From the IMG/VR virus record IMGVR_UViG_3300022897_000001, positions 1 to 40,944 of that record: a stretch of DNA of 40,944 nucleotides. One strand, 5' to 3'. This stretch comes from a virus. Lineage: Duplodnaviria; Caudoviricetes. The notes below the pieces were generated by a model. The model worked only from the letters and a program-made list of their open reading frames with translations, was not told the origin of the DNA and did no database searches. Positions 36,890 through 40,944 of the stretch are shown one piece after another (position 1 is the stretch's first letter; every line of letters begins with the position of its first letter). Both the position numbers and the translations under genes were made by a program.

Positions 36890-38415
36890 TCGTCGTCTTT
36901 TTCCTCACCGGGTTTGTCACTCGGAGGTTTCTGCGGTTCGTCTTCCTGCTGCTGGGGAGCCGCGCCCGGCATACCGGCGCGCCAGTTCGCGCGAATGCGC
37001 TTCTTCTGCTCATCGGTGAGACCGGAACGGTCCAGCTCGTCATCGAATTCCTTCCATTCGCGAATCCATTGGCGAATACCCTGGCGTCGGTAGTTCTCGC
37101 CGCGGGCGTTGTAGTAGCCGCGCATATTGCCGAGGCCGTTGCGCATCAGCTCGATGTCCAGCTTGCCGTCGCGCTGATTGTCGACCGTGACGCGCGGCGG
37201 CGTCTGCCATGAGAATTTGAGCGCCCAATTCGGGTCCTTGCAGGCGCGGAGCTTGCCGCTCGTTATGCGGGCGCTGAGATAGCGGAACGCGATCGGCGTG
37301 CAAAAGCGCGTGATCAGACCATCCGCGAGAATCTGGAAAAGCAGATCGGCACGGCTGAGAACAAAACGGGTGTTAGCACCGCCAAGCTTCGCGATGTTCC
37401 AGAAAAACTCGGACGGCACGCCCCAGCCGGCGCACACGTCGCGCATGAGCAGGTCCGTGATGAATCCTTCGACAAGCGGCGTCGGAGAGTTCGGAGAGAT
37501 CAGCTTCGCGTCCCCATCCTCGCCCACGTAGGCGATGCCGGCGCCAGCACCGCCAGCGAGCTTTTCAAGCTGCGCGGTGTTCGCGTCCGGAGTAACGCCA
37601 TCGTCCTGTTTGCCGGCGCTCTCGATCGCACCCAACGCGCCCTTGGTCTTTTTCTTCGCGATTCCTTTCAGGACCAGAGCGATGAGCTGATGCGCCTTCG
37701 CGCTGCGCGTGGTGAGCCGTTTCAGCTCGTGTATGTCCACCATCGGATTGACGGCCTGCGCCAGATCCGTGATGCCGCGCACTTGGTTCACGGCGTGACT
37801 TTTGAACCAGTGAATCATCCGAGCGCGCTCGATAGGCGTCCCGCGGCCGTCTTCCGTCGTGAGCCAGTAGCGCAGCGGCGCAGTCGCGGAGTTCACCTCA
37901 ACGCCATCGAGCAACCGAACGCCCTCGGGAACGGACGCCGGATCTCCAATTTCCTCGCTGTCGTAGAGCTGGAAAGCAGGCTCATCAAACCACAGCGGAT
38001 TCTCCGTTTTCGCGCAGAAGAATTCTCCTCGGATGATGCGTTGTTCGATCGCAGTTGTCTGCGCTTCGTAAAAGGTGCGACGGCCCGAAAGATCGCAGCG
38101 CTCCGGTGTGAGCGCGTAGTTTTCAAAATCGTCCTCTGCGAGCTGGTTCCACTCCTGATCGTCGCTATCGATCTGCAAGCTGATCCCCTTGCCCACCGTG
38201 TGGCGCGCGATGCCGGCAACGCCTTCTTTGATGACGCCAAAGTTTTGCCAGAGCCATTCGGCCTTTTCATTCAAGCCGCGTCGCGTCCACCGCGTGAGAT
38301 ACAACGAAGAATCCTGCGGCAGAAAAAAGCGCACGTTCGCGCGATCGATGCTGTCTTCGAGCGTGTCCGCGAACGCTCCGGACCGCCAGTTACGCCACCA
38401 CGAAGCAACGCTCAT
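36886..38415 (-). CDS. Portal protein, lambda family
   Basis: GEFF, LLDGVE, QVRGITDLA; 509 aa; position. Confidence 0.88.
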   Translation of the reverse strand: MSVASWWRNWRSGAFADTLEDSIDRANVRFFLPQDSSLYLTRWTRRGLNEKAEWLWQNFGVIKEGVAGIARHTVGKGISLQIDSDDQEWNQLAEDDFENYALTPERCDLSGRRTFYEAQTTAIEQRIIRGEFFCAKTENPLWFDEPAFQLYDSEEIGDPASVPEGVRLLDGVEVNSATAPLRYWLTTEDGRGTPIERARMIHWFKSHAVNQVRGITDLAQAVNPMVDIHELKRLTTRSAKAHQLIALVLKGIAKKKTKGALGAIESAGKQDDGVTPDANTAQLEKLAGGAGAGIAYVGEDGDAKLISPNSPTPLVEGFITDLLMRDVCAGWGVPSEFFWNIAKLGGANTRFVLSRADLLFQILADGLITRFCTPIAFRYLSARITSGKLRACKDPNWALKFSWQTPPRVTVDNQRDGKLDIELMRNGLGNMRGYYNARGENYRRQGIRQWIREWKEFDDELDRSGLTDEQKKRIRANWRAGMPGAAPQQQEDEPQKPPSDKPGEEKDDE

Positions 38416-38696
38416 AGTCCGCGGAAATCCAAAAACGTGATCCCGCCAGATCCCGCGTCGTTGTTGTAGAGTCGCAGCGCTTGGCGGCAGGCCTGCGCGA
38501 TCTCGACGGCGCTCAGTTCCTTCGAGCGCGCGAAAGTTTTCCCGTTGATCGTGCCCGTCTCGAGGAAGCCGAGTTCACCACGGCCCATGATCTTCGCTTT
38601 TGCAGCGGTGAGCAGACCATCAACGAAGGTCGTGCTCTCCGTGTCCTCCAATTCCGCGACGAGGAAATCGACAAACTCTTTGACGGCGGGTCTCAC
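38412..38696 (-). CDS. Head-tail adaptor (gpW-like position)
   Basis: TINGKTFAR motif; immediately upstream of portal. Confidence 0.6.
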   Translation of the reverse strand: MRPAVKEFVDFLVAELEDTESTTFVDGLLTAAKAKIMGRGELGFLETGTINGKTFARSKELSAVEIAQACRQALRLYNNDAGSGGITFLDFRGL

Positions 38697-38763
38697 GCCC
38701 GCGCGGGAGTGTCAAAGGGGCAACCGTCACAGTTGACGGCTGCCTGTCCTGATCCGCCGCGAC

Positions 38764-38958
38764 TTACGAAACAGCGACCGCGTTCCGGCGCATCCGGATG
38801 CGTTGTTTTTTGCTAAGCTTCAGCGGGCGCAGCAGTCCGCCGTGGCCGTCAGACTCGACAGTCAGCAGCGCCCCGCTTGGCAGCACCATTTTCAAATCGC
38901 CGCCCTTGTATTTCAGAAGGTCGCCGGGTTTGGTGTTTTTGTGGACGTAGGCTCTCAT
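38764..38958 (-). CDS. Small hypothetical protein
   Basis: ATG 38958 ATGA-coupled to the upstream stop. Confidence 0.5.
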   Translation of the reverse strand: MRAYVHKNTKPGDLLKYKGGDLKMVLPSGALLTVESDGHGGLLRPLKLSKKQRIRMRRNAVAVS

Positions 38959-39530
38959 GACAGCATTTTTGCGGCTTCGACGCGCAGCTCCGCGATGTGT
39001 TCGGTGCGGTGCAGGAACGCGCGAATCTCTTTCGGTGGCCACAGCGAGATCGGCGTGGCCGGCGCGGCGAATGCCAGGCGGAAAAATGGAGCGTCCTTGC
39101 CGTTGCCGCGCGCCGGGTCCGGCTCGGGAAGGATGCCGACTTTCTGATAGGCATCGGTCAGATTGCGCGCCGTAGGCATTGAGCCATCCACCGGGAAAAT
39201 GAGATCCCGCCGCCGCCATAGAGTTCGGTACCGCAGAGCCGTCGTCTCGCTGAGACGGGGCTTTCCCTCTTCGTCCCGGGCGATCACCGTTTCGAGCCAC
39301 TGCGCGAACTCGCCCTCATGCCGGCGCATTTCTTCCTCCAGGACCTGACCCATCGCCACGGCAAATAGGACCGACATAGATCCCGCTGAAACCGCGATCT
39401 GCACGCTCCCGAGCAGGCCGGTGTTGAGTTCGTTCAGGCGGGCAGCGAGCTGACTGTCCGGCGTGGTCCGGAGCGCTTCGTCAGCGATTAGCGATGGCTG
39501 AGTTGTAGTAGGGGCGTGGGCGTCTTCCAT
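38955..39530 (-). CDS. DUF3102-like protein
   Basis: MGQVL...HEGEFAQWLE...LSETTALRY. Confidence 0.55.
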   Translation of the reverse strand: MEDAHAPTTTQPSLIADEALRTTPDSQLAARLNELNTGLLGSVQIAVSAGSMSVLFAVAMGQVLEEEMRRHEGEFAQWLETVIARDEEGKPRLSETTALRYRTLWRRRDLIFPVDGSMPTARNLTDAYQKVGILPEPDPARGNGKDAPFFRLAFAAPATPISLWPPKEIRAFLHRTEHIAELRVEAAKMLS

Positions 39531-40024
39531 AGGTGGGCGTGTTGCCACGCTGTTCGAGGTTTGCGTTGTCCGAGGCGGCGGCGGCGGCAGTCCTCACGAG
39601 CTGCGGGCGACTTGTCGCCGCGTCCCTTCAAGACCACGCCACGCTTTTCCAGCCACTTCTGCAGGCGGCGATAGACGAGATCGACCGTGGCGCGGACGAT
39701 CCCGAAATCCCGGCCGATCTGATCGAGACTGCGGCCTTCCACATTCAAGAGCCGCAAATAGCAGGTCGCCCACAGCGCAACTCGCGAGTTGTCGTCGTGC
39801 GTCATGAGCTGCAGCAGTGCGATAAACCTTTCGCGTCCGCGCTCGGAGGTCGAGTCATCAACTCCGATATCGCCTGCCGCCGCGAGGCCCTTGGCGATGC
39901 AGACCTTTGCGATCTCGAGGAAACCGGCGCGCTGCTCTGCCGGCAGCTTGTGCGCTACCTGCGCGAATTCATCGAGCAGGTAATCACCAATAGAGTCGCA
40001 CTGAGGTGCGTCTGGGGGACACAT
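39488..40024 (-). CDS. HTH protein (sigma region-4-like), putative late regulator
   Basis: EGRSLDQIGRDFGIVRATVDLVYRRL; start uncertain (40024 or 40102). Confidence 0.6.
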   Translation of the reverse strand: MCPPDAPQCDSIGDYLLDEFAQVAHKLPAEQRAGFLEIAKVCIAKGLAAAGDIGVDDSTSERGRERFIALLQLMTHDDNSRVALWATCYLRLLNVEGRSLDQIGRDFGIVRATVDLVYRRLQKWLEKRGVVLKGRGDKSPAAREDCRRRRLGQRKPRTAWQHAHLWKTPTPLLQLSHR

Positions 40025-40200
40025 AGCGAGAGACGTTGTGGCGAGGTCGCGGCGCAGCAATGAAGTGGTTCGTTGGCGGCGACGGCGGTGATTAGAGCAC
40101 ACCGGCCGTCATTTTGCAAACGGCCAGCGCGCACGCGGGGCGCGATCCCAGGAGGAGAACGCCCCGCGGCTGTCGCCAGACGTCCCGGGGCTTATGTCAA

Positions 40201-40230
40201 TTGCACACGATGCGCCAGTAGGGTTACTAT
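40201..40230 (+). promoter_or_regulatory. sigma70-like promoter for the origin-spanning ORF
   Basis: TTGCAC-N18-TACTAT, 10 nt before GTG 40241. Confidence 0.5.
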
Positions 40231-40240
40231 GTAGGCGCCG

Positions 40241-40944
40241 GTGCCACTCTCTGCGTTGTTGGACTCCGCGATTTTATCAGAATGCGCCGAAAGGTTTCTC
40301 CGCGAGCGCAGGGACTTCGTCCTACCGATATCCATCGATGGACCACTTTCGACCCGGATCGAGCCCATCAAGTTGAGCCAGGTCCACGGCAATGCCCTCA
40401 CACTGCACGCGGCACACAGAGTTCTGGCACCCTGCCCCACCATTCGCCGCTTATGGGAGGACGTCAGTTGGCGAATTCCGGACGGGCGGAATCACCTCAC
40501 GGATTTGGAAAGGATGCAGATCGTGAGCAACGCCCGAACAATCTGCGGCTTTGATGTAGCGGCGAACCACGCCCTCGACGTTGGCGAAATCGCGATGATC
40601 GACACGCACCGCCCTTCTCCGGTCTTTCAGGCTTTCATCGGCCGGATCGTGCTCGAAATGGAGAGGGCAACGATGGCAACGGTTTTCGTGCGTGATGATC
40701 GCCCCAGGATGGAAATGCGGATTGTCGGCGCTGGAGCTGAAGCGGATCTCCGCGGTTTCAACGCTGAGCTGACAATTCTCAATGAATCGGGTCCCATCCG
40801 GGTGCCGACGCGGGAAACGGCGGATCCACGGCGCGACGCGCTGAGAAAGCTGCCGAGGTGCTACGGCAAGGAAGGCAGGTTCAGGACGACGGACGGTCGC
40901 CGCTTCGACTTCGTTTTCACGGAGCTGCTACGGCATCCGGACAT
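40241..40944 (+). CDS. Origin-spanning ORF of about 296 aa (ends at 314); degenerate terminase-ATPase-like protein
   Basis: Frame open from 40235 across the junction; encodes MRIVGAGAEADLRGFNAELTILNE versus TerL LRIVGSGAEADLHGFNAELAILNE. Confidence 0.62.
   Translation, partial: MPLSALLDSAILSECAERFLRERRDFVLPISIDGPLSTRIEPIKLSQVHGNALTLHAAHRVLAPCPTIRRLWEDVSWRIPDGRNHLTDLERMQIVSNARTICGFDVAANHALDVGEIAMIDTHRPSPVFQAFIGRIVLEMERATMATVFVRDDRPRMEMRIVGAGAEADLRGFNAELTILNESGPIRVPTRETADPRRDALRKLPRCYGKEGRFRTTDGRRFDFVFTELLRHPD
40716..40787 (+). repeat. Inverted repeat arm homologous to terL 1851-1922
   Basis: 63/72 identity; 5 of 9 mismatches are synonymous third positions. Confidence 0.93.
40818..40944. repeat. 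Terminal direct repeat (circularisation overlap), copy 2
   Basis: Identical to 1-127; 127 bp matches a common assembler k-mer size. Confidence 0.97.

Noticed and set aside
40716-40787. Diversity-generating retroelement TR/VR pair with terL
   Set aside because: Mismatches are not adenine-specific on either strand and no reverse transcriptase is recognisable
40818-40944. Biological terminal repeat
   Set aside because: Exactly 127 bp and cuts through an ORF; best explained as assembler overlap

Overview
The window is an apparently complete, circular temperate tailed-phage genome of about 40,817 bp. Bases 40818-40944 repeat 1-127 exactly, as expected from an assembler circularisation overlap. 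It appears to be the excised or episomal form: an intact attP carrying the 3' end of a tRNA-Gly lies internally, near a tyrosine integrase. Most genes are on the minus strand. The packaging and head module has lambda Nu1/GpA-type terminase subunits, a lambda-type portal, an S49 protease, two scaffold-like proteins and a P22-coat-like capsid. It is followed by a siphovirus-like tail, an SGNH-esterase tail fibre and a holin / alpha-beta hydrolase / CHAP-like endolysin cassette. The early region has a divergent RHH/DinJ-like switch, a HerA-like ATPase, an initiator with internal palindromic iterons, ParB, a ParB-like plus TAGT/GREB1-like glycosyltransferase pair, DUF2786, SymE and a split RarA/MgsA-like ATPase. 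The most unusual features are: (1) an origin-spanning plus-strand ORF, only its last 62 codons listed in the ORF track, that looks like a degenerate terminase-ATPase paralogue and shares a 72-bp inverted repeat with terL; (2) a TTGAC(A/G)-N13-start-codon motif in front of late genes; (3) repeated structured leaders before early accessory genes; (4) putative virion proteins with signal peptides. A Verrucomicrobia/PVC-like host is my impression only. All family calls come from motif recognition by eye, with no database search.
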